DNA of 62,124 bases, the filler included. It is 11 parts of 11 records of this genome, joined end to end, with 100 filler letters (N's around TTAATTAATTAA, not from the genome) between each part and the next. Parts side by side here need not be neighbours in the genome. Positions count along the whole stretch, not along the records: positions 40,148 to 47,182 come from SRR11831585_811; positions 47,283 to 49,524 come from SRR11831585_812; positions 49,625 to 54,989 come from SRR11831585_816; positions 55,090 to 57,265 come from SRR11831585_817; 7 more parts are not named here. One strand, given 5' to 3'. Numbering within the stretch: position 1 is the stretch's first letter; each line of letters begins with the position of its first letter. Made by a program: the position numbers and the translations under genes. Shown here piece by piece: positions 44,171 to 55,288 of the stretch. The notes beneath the pieces are model-generated. The model searched no databases, was not told where the DNA came from, and saw only the letters and a list, made by a program, of their open reading frames with translations.

Positions 44171-45889
44171 ATGAAACAAACGGTTGCAGCTTATATCGCC
44201 AAAACACTCGAATCGGCAGGGGTGAAACGCATCTGGGGAGTCACAGGCGACTCTCTGAACGGTCTTAGTGACAGTCTTAATCGCATGGGCACCATCGAGT
44301 GGATGTCCACCCGCCACGAAGAAGTGGCGGCCTTTGCCGCTGGCGCTGAAGCACAACTTAGCGGAGAACTGGCGGTCTGCGCCGGATCGTGCGGCCCCGG
44401 CAACCTGCACTTAATCAACGGCCTGTTCGATTGCCACCGCAATCACGTTCCGGTACTGGCGATTGCCGCTCATATTCCCTCCAGCGAAATTGGCAGCGGC
44501 TATTTCCAGGAAACCCACCCACAAGAGCTATTCCGCGAATGTAGTCACTATTGCGAGCTGGTTTCCAGCCCGGAGCAGATCCCACAAGTACTGGCGATTG
44601 CCATGCGCAAAGCGGTGCTTAACCGTGGCGTTTCGGTTGTCGTGTTACCAGGCGACGTGGCGTTAAAACCTGCGCCAGAAGGGGCAACCATGCACTGGTA
44701 TCATGCGCCACAACCAGTCGTGACGCCGGAAGAAGAAGAGTTACGCAAACTGGCGCAACTGCTGCGTTATTCCAGCAATATCGCCCTGATGTGTGGCAGC
44801 GGCTGCGCGGGGGCGCATAAAGAGTTAGTTGAGTTTGCCGGGAAAATTAAAGCGCCTATTGTTCATGCCCTGCGCGGTAAAGAACATGTCGAATACGATA
44901 ATCCGTATGATGTTGGAATGACCGGGTTAATCGGCTTCTCGTCAGGTTTCCATACCATGATGAACGCCGACACGTTAGTGCTACTCGGCACGCAATTTCC
45001 CTACCGCGCCTTCTACCCGACCGATGCCAAAATCATTCAGATTGATATCAACCCAGCCAGCATCGGCGCTCACAGCAAGGTGGATATGGCACTGGTCGGC
45101 GATATCAAGTCGACTCTGCGTGCATTGCTTCCATTGGTGGAAGAAAAAGCCGATCGCAAGTTTCTGGATAAAGCGCTGGAAGATTACCGCGACGCCCGCA
45201 AAGGGCTGGACGATTTAGCTAAACCGAGCGAGAAAGCCATTCACCCGCAATATCTGGCGCAGCAAATTAGTCATTTTGCCGCCGATGACGCTATTTTCAC
45301 CTGTGACGTTGGTACGCCAACGGTGTGGGCGGCACGTTATCTAAAAATGAACGGCAAGCGTCGCCTGTTAGGTTCGTTTAACCACGGTTCGATGGCTAAC
45401 GCCATGCCGCAGGCGCTGGGTGCGCAGGCGACAGAGCCAGAACGTCAGGTGGTCGCCATGTGCGGCGATGGCGGTTTTAGCATGTTGATGGGCGATTTCC
45501 TCTCAGTAGTGCAGATGAAACTGCCAGTGAAAATTGTCGTCTTTAACAACAGCGTGCTGGGCTTTGTGGCGATGGAGATGAAAGCTGGTGGCTATTTGAC
45601 TGACGGCACCGAACTACACGACACAAACTTTGCCCGCATTGCCGAAGCGTGCGGCATTACGGGTATCCGTGTAGAAAAAGCGTCTGAAGTTGATGAAGCC
45701 CTGCAACGCGCCTTCTCCATCGACGGTCCGGTGTTGGTGGATGTGGTGGTCGCCAAAGAAGAGTTAGCCATTCCACCGCAGATCAAACTCGAACAGGCCA
45801 AAGGTTTCAGCCTGTATATGCTGCGCGCAATCATCAGCGGACGCGGTGATGAAGTGATCGAACTGGCGAAAACAAACTGGCTAAGGTAA
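44171..45889 (+). CDS. poxB: Pyruvate oxidase (pyruvate:quinone oxidoreductase)
   Basis: 572 aa; RHEEVAAF and TPP motif GDGGFSM...FNN. Confidence 0.99.
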
Positions 45890-45925
45890 AAAGGGTGGCA
45901 TTTCCCGTCATAATAAGGACATGCC

Positions 45926-46927
45926 ATGATTGATTTACGCAGTGATACCGTTACCCGACCAAGCCGCGCCATGCTCGAAGCGATGATGGCCGCCCCGGTT
46001 GGGGACGACGTTTACGGAGACGACCCTACCGTTAATGCTCTGCAGGACTACGCAGCAGAGCTTTCCGGTAAAGAAGCCGCCATTTTTCTGCCTACCGGCA
46101 CTCAGGCCAACCTGGTCGCTCTGCTCAGTCACTGCGAACGCGGCGAAGAGTATATTGTCGGTCAGGCCGCGCATAACTATCTGTTTGAAGCCGGTGGCGC
46201 GGCGGTGCTGGGCAGTATTCAACCGCAACCCATAGACGCGGCTGCCGACGGCACGCTACCGCTGGATAAAGTGGCGATGAAAATCAAACCCGACGATATC
46301 CATTTCGCCCGCACCAAATTACTCAGTCTGGAAAACACCCACAACGGCAAAGTGTTGCCGCGGGAATACCTGAAAGAAGCATGGGAATTTACCCGCGAGC
46401 GCAATCTGGCGCTGCATGTTGACGGTGCGCGCATCTTTAATGCCGTGGTGGCTTACGGCTGCGAACTGAAAGAGATCACGCAATATTGTGATTCGTTCAC
46501 CATTTGCCTGTCGAAAGGTCTTGGGACGCCAGTCGGTTCATTACTCGTCGGTAATCGTGATTACATTAAACGTGCCATTCGCTGGCGGAAAATGACAGGT
46601 GGCGGGATGCGCCAGTCCGGCATTCTGGCTGCCGCCGGGATATATGCCCTGAAAAATAACGTTGCGCGCTTGCAGGAAGACCACGACAACGCTGCCTGGA
46701 TGGCGGAGCAGCTGCGTGAAGCAGGCGCGGATGTGATGCGTCAGGACACCAATATGCTGTTTGTTCGCGTCGGGGAAGAAAATGCTGCCGCGTTAGGCGA
46801 ATACATGAAAGCGAGAAACGTGCTGATTAACGCCTCGCCGATTGTCCGCCTGGTGACGCATCTTGACGTCTCGCGCGAACAACTGGCGGAAGTCGCCGCC
46901 CACTGGCGTGCATTCCTGGCGCGTTAA
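45926..46927 (+). CDS. ltaE: Low-specificity L-threonine aldolase
   Basis: 333 aa [21 protein letters not shown] and CLSKGLG (PLP Lys). Confidence 0.99.
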   Translation: MIDLRSDTVTRPSRAMLEAMMAAPVGDDVYGDDPTVNALQDYAAELSGKEAAIFLPTGTQANLVALLSHCERGEEYIVGQAAHNYLFEAGGAAVLGSIQPQPIDAAADGTLPLDKVAMKIKPDDIHFARTKLLSLENTHNGKVLPREYLKEAWEFTRERNLALHVDGARIFNAVVAYGCELKEITQYCDSFTICLSKGLGTPVGSLLVGNRDYIKRAIRWRKMTGGGMRQSGILAAAGIYALKNNVARLQEDHDNAAWMAEQLREAGADVMRQDTNMLFVRVGEENAAALGEYMKARNVLINASPIVRLVTHLDVSREQLAEVAAHWRAFLAR

Positions 46928-46937
46928 GGAGAGAGAC

Positions 46938-47182
46938 GTGCCGCAACGCATTTTAGTTCTCGGTGCCAGTGGCTACATTGGTCAGCATCTGGTGCGCACA
47001 CTCAGCCAGCAAGGGCATCAGATCCTGGCGGCGGCACGTCATGTCGACAGGCTTGCAAAGCTGCAACTGGCAAACGTCAGTTGCCATAAAGTCGATCTCA
47101 GCTGGCCGGATAACCTACCGGCCCTGTTGCAGGATATCGATACGGTCTATTTTCTGGTGCACAGCATGGGCGAAGGCGGCGA
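46938..47182 (+). CDS. ybjT: NAD(P)-binding protein YbjT, 5' fragment
   Basis: GTG start after [17 protein letters not shown]ossmann motif; truncated by linker. Confidence 0.93.
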
Positions 47183-47282
47183 NNNNNNNNNNNNNNNNNN
47201 NNNNNNNNNNNNNNNNNNNNNNNNNNTTAATTAATTAANNNNNNNNNNNNNNNNNNNNNNNNNNNNNNNNNNNNNNNNNNNN
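47183..47282. other. Artificial contig linker 7
   Basis: N44-TTAATTAATTAA-N44. Confidence 0.99.
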
Positions 47283-47283
47283 A

Positions 47284-49524
47284 ACCGTCTTTGCGGCGCT
47301 GTTGCTGCTCATCCCCTGCTGTTGGTGTGCATCGGCGCCTTTACTGGCCACTGCACTCCACGTCTCGAGCTTCGCACAGCAGCAGAGTGTTCAGAACCTA
47401 GTTGCCCTCTCAGAGCAGCTATCCTACTACAATTCGCAAACAGGAACAGACGGCACAGCGCTTTCGCGTCAATCCATCAACCTACACTCCTTTGTAGGTG
47501 ACCTTCAGCCGCTGGTCTCAACTCTATCTACCTCCGCGGTTCTTTCCAGCTCAGATTTGTCCGCCTGTGTTTCTTCCTCCGGATCCGTGAATGTGGATTT
47601 CAGCGCAATGAATGCCGCCGCGAACGATCTTCAAACTCATTTCACGCTTCTTTCTAATTCTATGGGAAATTTGCTGTATCTGACGTCTGCTCAAACAACA
47701 CAAATCATCGACATCCCATCTCAATTCGCCACTACCCTAACCAATGTAGCGTCAATGATGAGTAGCGCTTCAGCCGCTATGGTTTATACAACACCATCGA
47801 CTCAATTCCAGGCGGTTCACTGGTACGCTCCTCGTCACATGCGATCGTCTCACTCACCCCATTGTTTCGCTTTTGCTAGCATGGCCAAGCTCGTAAGCGA
47901 GTTTTACGCAGCTTCTCTGTGGCTTCTGGCCGCCACAGACTTCTCCCTTCTCCCGTACGCGCTCAACAGCTCCACAAACGGCTGGAACTACGCGTCCTGG
48001 TACAGCAGCAACGTGCAGAGCTCGCTCACTGCGATGCCGGGCCAGCTGCGCACCGCAAAGAACACGTTCTTGCAGACGTGCGGAGCCACGGCCTGTGGAA
48101 ACCGCACCTGCTGGGGGAATGTGTTTGAACAGCGGGCCGTCGTTGTTGAGCTGTACAACAGGTGTGCGCGTTCTGTGTGTTCCCCCGCGGCGCTAACGTA
48201 CGTGTATGTGCGATTATTGCAGCAACACGGGTCTGTCTCTGCCTGCGTTCCAGGCGGCCGTGTTCAGCTACGCCGTGGCGAATGTCACCTTCTGCAACAC
48301 CCTCAATAACGTGGCAAAAGATGTGATCTGGCGGATGTCTGTGACCGGGCCTACCACCATCGCTTCCACAGGTACCACCAAGTGTTTGTTTGTGGTGCTT
48401 AGCAAGAGCGAATGACCTTCTGTTGCGTCATAATTCTGAAATTTTCGGTAACTTACGGAACGGAATGATTGTAGGAGCGTACGGTCAGCCCGCAGAGCCG
48501 TTTGAGTATATCGCGGGTAATTTGCAGGCCGTGTCGCCACAGCAATCCTGGCAGTCAAACGCATACGTGGCAAGGCTGGTGTCTGCGAGTATGTCTCATT
48601 CACTGTCAATTCATATGACATTTGACTTTGGTTTGAGAGTGTATCCAGACACTTCATGACGCTATGCCGTGTGTGCATATGTACGGTATATCTTCCGTTT
48701 TACTCATCCCTCTCCGCAGTTGGGGCTCCTACACGCCGCTTACTCTCCGAGACTCCTCAGTCAACACCCAACACAACCTCCACCAGCCACATGCGATCTA
48801 CATCCCGTCGCCTGCTGTCAGGGCCGGACGGTGGTCCGTGCGATGCGACCTGCACCAACACGCCCGGTTACTACTGCAAGGGCGAGCTGGACGAATTCCT
48901 CATCATGCAATACACGTGCGAGAAAGCAGGTGCGCCGTCAGCGTCATGAACCTGTGGCTCTGTCAGCTATTAACAGTGATTGGGTGGTGTAGAGATTGGA
49001 TACTACTCACCCGCGTTTACGGATGTGCAAACGCCCTGCACCAACAAACCCGCGGGCACACATTACTACGCACGTGGGCAGGCGACATCCAACTGCGTGT
49101 ATTATTGTGACACAGCGGGCCAGTACAAAAATGTACTTGCTGCTCATTTTTACATAATTCGGCTGAGTGAGCGCTATTCATCTCTGAGTTCTCATTATCT
49201 GATCGTATCAATGGACGCAGGGTAATGCGGACGACTACACGCCGGGGTGCTGCTCTTGTGTCCCCGCTGAGCCCGGCTTCTACGTGCCTGCCGAAAACAA
49301 CACCCGTGGGTACTGCGACCCCGCGCCCGACTGGTACTATTTCACAGGCACAGGAGCCTCGGCGCCCAACACCTGTGGGTCTACACTGCAACTTCAGGCT
49401 CGTGTGCGCCCAAACACATGCACCAACTTTTGTCTGCAGACTGACTTCACGATTCAGGCGTATCTGAACGCGTCCTTGATCACCGGTGGTGGTGGTACGC
49501 TCGAGTGCTACGTAACTGCTCCCC
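47284..49524 (+). CDS. Large secreted or surface eukaryotic protein, fragment; exons about 47284-47822, 47880-48161, 48223-48371, 48475-48588, 48720-48929, 48993-49132, 49221-edge
   Basis: Starts inside a signal-peptide-like stretch (TVFAALLLLIPCCWCA). Six phase-consistent GT..AG introns. Ser/Ala/Leu-rich region, then two RRLLS motifs, then Cys-rich repeats (GYYSP...CTNKP...C, GFYVP...CDPAP...C). Confidence 0.78.
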
Positions 49525-49624
49525 NNNNNNNNNNNNNNNNNNNNNNNNNNNNNNNNNNNNNNNNNNNNTTAATTAATTAANNNNNNNNNNNNNNNNNNNN
49601 NNNNNNNNNNNNNNNNNNNNNNNN
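49525..49624. other. Artificial contig linker 8
   Basis: N44-TTAATTAATTAA-N44. Confidence 0.99.
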
Positions 49625-50409
49625 TTTTTTTGCGGCGTTAAGGTAAATCCGAGTGGATTCTGGCTATTAGTCATCAGCCAGCACGCTTTCACCGGATACT
49701 CCTGCAACGCCAGTTCCAGCGCCTGAAGATCTATCCCTTCTTTAACATCCGTCGCCACCGATAACGCCTTCAGCCGTAGCCGCTCCAGCGCCTGCAACGC
49801 ACCGTAGAAACAAGGATTCTCTACTATCACCCAATCGCCCGGTTCAGTTACCGCTTGCAAACTGAGGTTTAATGCCTCTAACGCCCCGGCAGTAATGACA
49901 ATTTCATCAGGAGAAATGGTGATGCCCTGTAAGGCATAGCGACGAGCAATAGCCTGACGCAGTTCTGCGTTTCCTGGCGGTAAGTTTTCAATCACGCTCA
50001 TCGCTGTGGCGGTTTTGCTTACCTGCGCCAGCGAGCGGTTTAGTTGTTGGAGGGGGAAAAGTCGCGGGTCGGGAAAGGCCGAGGCAAACGGAACGACCGA
50101 CGGATCGCGACTGGCCTGCAACATATCAAAAATATAAGTGTTGATATCGACTGCTTCATCTCGAGTGACTGGAATGACTGGCGCTTTCGGCATTTTTATT
50201 GCCTGTGGCGCAACGTAATAACCCGACTGCGGTCGTGCGATAATATATCCCTGACTTTCGAGCAACTGATAGGCATGGCTGACAGTCATAAAGCTCATGC
50301 CTGAAAGCGCCACCTGGTCACGCAACGAAGGCAAACGATCGCCGGGTTGCCAGATACCCGACGCAATCTGCTCGCGTAATTGTTCTGCAAGCTGCTGGTA
50401 TTTTTTCAT
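49625..50409 (-). CDS. ydcR: MocR/GntR-family PLP-dependent regulator YdcR, 5' fragment
   Basis: MKKYQQLAEQL...GDRLPSLR wHTH followed by an aminotransferase-like domain (VENPCFYG, QNPLG). Confidence 0.96.
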
Positions 50410-50487
50410 TATCGAATCGTAATTATGTGCAGATGATTCGGCAGTCTATATCAGTTGTTAAAAATGACAACTTTTCGTTAACTGTAA

Positions 50488-50925
<438 letters not shown>

Positions 50926-50949
50926 GTCATTAACCTTTTTAATTGGCGA

Positions 50950-51126
50950 TTAACTCAAACCGAGTTGTTTCAGGATTGCTTTACGCAATGGTTCTTTAAT
51001 CTCATCGCAGGGGTGACGCGGCATGACACTGCGCCTCCCATGAAACCTGAGTTTCAAATGGTTGCTGCCATTCGCTACATCGACGCCCTGAGATTCGAGC
51101 CAACGTCTGAACTCGCTTTGTTTCAC
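50950..51126 (-). CDS. hicA: mRNA interferase toxin HicA (not in the ORF track)
   Basis: GTG start after GGAGG; MKQSEFRRWLESQGVDVANGSNHLKLRFHGRRSVMPRHPCDEIKEPLRKAILKQLGLS*, 58 aa. Confidence 0.97.
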   Translation of the reverse strand: MKQSEFRRWLESQGVDVANGSNHLKLRFHGRRSVMPRHPCDEIKEPLRKAILKQLGLS

Positions 51127-51158
51127 ATCGCCTCCCTGCCGCTGAGTATATCAACAAA

Positions 51159-51176
51159 GTAAACATTAGTGTTTAC
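51159..51176. promoter_or_regulatory. Inverted repeat upstream of hicA, likely HicB operator
   Basis: GTAAACA-TTAG-TGTTTAC. Confidence 0.65.
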
Positions 51177-51347
51177 CTCCGTGTGTAATTTGCTCGAAAA
51201 TAGCACTAAATCGCCGCAACGGCAGAATGCAATGCAAAATCAGGAAGGAAGATTCCAGAATTTCTTTGCGCTAATTTGCAAAACTGAATAATAACCTCAA
51301 GAAACGATCGGCATCATAGCGGCAAAAGGTAAGAAAAAGGTGGCAGG

Positions 51348-51578
51348 ATGTTTACGAAGGCGTTATCGGTTGTCTTATTAACGTGTGCTCTGTTTTCAGG
51401 ACAACTCATGGCAGGGCACAAAGGACATGAATTTGTGTGGGTAAAGAATGTGGATCATCAGCTGCGTCATGAAGCGGACAGCGATGAATTGCGTGCTGTG
51501 GCGGAAGAGTCGGCGGAAGGTTTGCGCGAGCATTTTTACTGGCAAAAATCGCGCAAACCAGAAGCGGGACAACGTTGA
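51348..51578 (+). CDS. yncJ: Small exported protein YncJ
   Basis: 76 aa with signal peptide; HQLRHEADSDELR; K-12 position. Confidence 0.92.
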   Translation: MFTKALSVVLLTCALFSGQLMAGHKGHEFVWVKNVDHQLRHEADSDELRAVAEESAEGLREHFYWQKSRKPEAGQR

Positions 51579-51588
51579 GTCATTTGAT

Positions 51589-51617
51589 GCCGGATGCGGC
51601 GTAACGCCTTACCCGGC
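51589..51617. repeat. REP element
   Basis: GCCGGATGCGGCGTAACGCCTTACCCGGC. Confidence 0.8.
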
Positions 51618-51669
51618 AGGCAATATCATGCAGATTCAATAAGTTGTGAGTAACCAGAAAACTGGCGTT

Positions 51670-53631
51670 TTACCCTTTTCGCTTCGGCAATGTTTTCAGC
51701 AGCTCATCCGGACTTACGGATGCCACTACGCTTCCCGGTAACGGCATTTTCAGTATGTGATTTTTGATTTTGCCAATGACGTGCATCTCGCATGGGCGGC
51801 AATCAAACTTTAGCGTTAATACTTCATCGCCGTTAACCAGTTGCATTGGCGTCGCCTTCCAGCTTTTGATATTGCCTTTCGCCTGTTTCGGGCACAGATT
51901 AAAGGCAAAGCGCAGACAATGCTTGGTGATCATCACCGGGACTTCGCCCTTCTCTTCATGTGCTTCATACGCCGCGTCAATCAGCTGCACACCATAGCGA
52001 TGATAAAATTCACGCGCTTTCTGGTTGTATACGTTCGCGAGGAAACTCAGATGCGTTTGCGGATAAACCGGCGCAGGATCAGCAACCGGTTTACGGCTGC
52101 CGCGCTGGTAACTGGCAAGACGCGCAGCATCCAGCATGTCAGCAGCTTCACGGCGGAACTGGTTTAACAGACTGTTTGGTACAAACAGCGCCCCCGGCAA
52201 ATTAATTTGCACATCGCGGGCGTAATAGAGGGTTTGCCCCAGTTTTGCCAGACCATCCTTCAGATTGTTCATTGCTTTTTCGGCGTTATTGGCTTCGTCG
52301 AACTGCCCGTCCAGCGTATGCGTGATGCTGACACCCTCTTCACTGGTGAGGGTCAGAATCAGTTGTTCCTGCCAGCCGCCCAGTTCAATGTCTACCGCCA
52401 CCCGACGTTCGCTGGAGGTTTTTGTCAGTGCCTGCTGCCAGTTATGATCAAGATTACGGTTTAGTGGGTGATGTGGACGAATTTTGTGCAAATCTGCTGG
52501 CATTTCATTGGGCCAGACGCGGTACTGATTTTCTCCGGTTTTCTCGACCGTATTGGCACGAAAACCGACGACTTCACGTTTAATCAACACGTTCAGGCCA
52601 TCGCCATTTGCCAGTGGCTCGGTAACGGCAACATCGAGATGATCTTTCGCCACTTTCACTACTTCGCCTACCGGCAGGCCGATAAATTTCGGCGAATCGA
52701 ACGCGCCAATATCGCCTTTACGGGCATTCACAAAATAATCTGTGCTACCACGGTGGAAAGTCTTTTCCGTCGATGGAACAAAGAAATGTTCAGTACGACC
52801 TGATGAAGCGCGCGCCAGATCGCCACGTTCTTCAATAATGGCATCAAGCATCTGGCGATAATGGGCGGTGATATTCTTCACGTAGCTCATATCTTTGTAA
52901 CGCCCTTCAATCTTGAAGGAGCGTACACCAGCATCAATCAGCGCGCCGAGGTTGGCAGTCTGATCGTTATCTTTCATCGACAGCAGATGTTTTTCATAGG
53001 AAACCACCCGCCCCTGATCGTCTTTCAATGTGTATGGCAAACGGCACGCCTGCGAGCAATCGCCACGGTTGGCGCTACGCCCTGTTTGCGCATGAGAAAT
53101 GTAGCACTGACCCGAATAGGCCACGCACAGTGCCCCATGAATAAAGAATTCAATGGTCGCGTCCGTAGCCTGGTGAATCGCGCGGATCTGATCAAGATTC
53201 AGCTCTCGCGCCAGCACAATCTGCGTGAAGCCAACATCAGAGAGGAACTTCGCTTTTTCAACTGTACGAATGTCGCACTGCGTACTGGCGTGCAGTTCAA
53301 TCGGCGGAATATCAAGTTCCAGAATCCCCATATCCTGAACAATCAGCGCATCGACACCGGTCTGGTAGAGGTCAGTAATCAGCCGTTGCGCGGGTTCCAG
53401 CTCATCATCATGCAAAATGGTGTTAAGCGTGACGAAAATTTTTGCACCATAACGATGGGCAAACGGCACCAGCTCGGCAATATCTTTCAAGCTATTACTG
53501 GCATTATGACGGGCACCAAAACCAGGGCCGCCGATATAAACAGCATCGGCACCGTGCAAAATAGCTTCGCGGGCAATGGCGGCATCGCGTGCCGGGCTTA
53601 ACAGTTCAAGTCGATGAGAAGATACGGTCAC
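51670..53631 (-). CDS. rlhA: 23S rRNA 5-hydroxycytidine synthase RlhA (U32 family, YdcP)
   Basis: 653 aa from GTG 53631; ELLSPA, GADAVYIG, HGALCVAYSGQC, NRGDCSQACR, FKIEGR motifs. Confidence 0.96.
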   Translation of the reverse strand: MTVSSHRLELLSPARDAAIAREAILHGADAVYIGGPGFGARHNASNSLKDIAELVPFAHRYGAKIFVTLNTILHDDELEPAQRLITDLYQTGVDALIVQDMGILELDIPPIELHASTQCDIRTVEKAKFLSDVGFTQIVLARELNLDQIRAIHQATDATIEFFIHGALCVAYSGQCYISHAQTGRSANRGDCSQACRLPYTLKDDQGRVVSYEKHLLSMKDNDQTANLGALIDAGVRSFKIEGRYKDMSYVKNITAHYRQMLDAIIEERGDLARASSGRTEHFFVPSTEKTFHRGSTDYFVNARKGDIGAFDSPKFIGLPVGEVVKVAKDHLDVAVTEPLANGDGLNVLIKREVVGFRANTVEKTGENQYRVWPNEMPADLHKIRPHHPLNRNLDHNWQQALTKTSSERRVAVDIELGGWQEQLILTLTSEEGVSITHTLDGQFDEANNAEKAMNNLKDGLAKLGQTLYYARDVQINLPGALFVPNSLLNQFRREAADMLDAARLASYQRGSRKPVADPAPVYPQTHLSFLANVYNQKAREFYHRYGVQLIDAAYEAHEEKGEVPVMITKHCLRFAFNLCPKQAKGNIKSWKATPMQLVNGDEVLTLKFDCRPCEMHVIGKIKNHILKMPLPGSVVASVSPDELLKTLPKRKG

Positions 53632-53703
53632 ATTCTTATCCAGTAGCTGAAAAATGGCGGCTATTTTAGCCACAAGCGCGACGTTGCGAAATAGTTTTCC
53701 CGC

Positions 53704-54240
53704 TTAACTGCGCGGGTAATGGATGAGGGAATGAAAATGTACGGTTTGCTCCCCACCATTACGATAGATATGCGTGACGTCTGCAGCAAATCGAACGCCT
53801 TCCCCACAATTAAGGGTCTGCCATTCCCCATCAACGCACAGATCAAGTTGTCCATCAATGACGACGACATGTTCGATTACCCCCTTCTCATGGGGCGTCG
53901 ATTCGCTTATTGCACCAGATGCCATCTGAATCGAGAAGTGTTCAAAGCAGAGTTGTGGATCATAAGGAAACAGCGAAGTGATCACCATCGCCTGCTGTTG
54001 TGGATCATAAACTGAAGGCGTAGCGGACTGCGGCGGAGAAATAAATGTTGAAAATGGTACGTTCAACCCGGTGGCAATTTTCCATAATGTCGCGACCGTC
54101 GGACTGGACTCATTACGCTCAATCTGCCCTAACATTGCTTTAGAAACGCCCGTCGCTTCTGCCAGTCGCGAAAGACTCCAGCCGCGCTGCTGGCGTAGTT
54201 GTTTAAGTGTGGTGGATAAAAAGCGAGCGAGATTTTCCAT
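53704..54240 (-). CDS. sutR: XRE-cupin regulator SutR (YdcN)
   Basis: 178 aa; HTH SLSRLAEATGVSKAMLGQIER plus cupin domain. Confidence 0.95.
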   Translation of the reverse strand: MENLARFLSTTLKQLRQQRGWSLSRLAEATGVSKAMLGQIERNESSPTVATLWKIATGLNVPFSTFISPPQSATPSVYDPQQQAMVITSLFPYDPQLCFEHFSIQMASGAISESTPHEKGVIEHVVVIDGQLDLCVDGEWQTLNCGEGVRFAADVTHIYRNGGEQTVHFHSLIHYPRS

Positions 54241-54331
54241 GCGACTCCTCCGGCAAAACGGAAGTTTATCACTTGTGCGTTATAACGGACAAATGCTACG
54301 GTGCCTGTACGCTATAACGCACGAGGTGACT

Positions 54332-54989
54332 ATGCGTCTGTTTTCTATTCCTCCACCCACGCTACTGGCGGGGTTTCTGGCGGTATTAATTGGCTACGCC
54401 AGTTCAGCGGCAATAATCTGGCAAGCAGCGATTGTCGCCGGAGCCACCACTGCACAAATCTCTGGCTGGATGACGGCGCTGGGGCTGGCAATGGGCGTCA
54501 GTACGCTGACTCTGACATTATGGTATCGCGTACCTGTTCTCACCGCATGGTCAACGCCTGGCGCGGCTTTGTTGGTCACCGGATTGCAGGGACTAACACT
54601 TAACGAAGCCATCGGCGTTTTTATTGTCACCAACGCGCTAATAGTCCTCTGCGGCATAACGGGACTCTTTGCTCGTCTGATGCGCATTATTCCGCACTCG
54701 CTTGCGGCGGCAATGCTTGCCGGGATTTTATTACGCTTTGGTTTACAGGCGTTTGCCAGTCTGGACGGTCAATTTACGTTGTGTGGAAGTATGTTGCTGG
54801 TATGGCTGGCAACCAAGGCCGTTGCGCCGCGCTATGCGGTAATTGCCGCGATGATTATTGGGATCGTGATCGTCATCGCGCAAGGTGACGTTGTCACAAC
54901 TGATGTTGTCTTTAAACCCGTTCTCCCCACTTATATTACCCCTGATTTTTCGTTTGCTCACAGCCTGAGCGTTGCACTCCCCCTTTTTC
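54332..54989 (+). CDS. ydcO: BenE-family transporter YdcO, 5' fragment
   Basis: MRLFSIPPPTLLAG...; TAWSTPGAALL and AMLAGIL motifs; truncated by linker. Confidence 0.94.
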
Positions 54990-55089
54990 NNNNNNNNNNN
55001 NNNNNNNNNNNNNNNNNNNNNNNNNNNNNNNNNTTAATTAATTAANNNNNNNNNNNNNNNNNNNNNNNNNNNNNNNNNNNNNNNNNNNN
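54990..55089. other. Artificial contig linker 9
   Basis: N44-TTAATTAATTAA-N44. Confidence 0.99.
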
Positions 55090-55288
55090 TTTTTCTCCAG
55101 AATCCCTTTGTAGTCAAAGTTAGCAAAAACCTGTGGAAGTTAATCATTATCAGGCCGAAATTGAATTGTATCCTGATAAAATTGCATTATCATTTTTATT
55201 CTTGAGTGGGTTTTCCCCATATAGAAATAATTTTAATGGTTAGTTGTTATTATTCATTGAAATATAATATAACTACCCGCGAAATATT

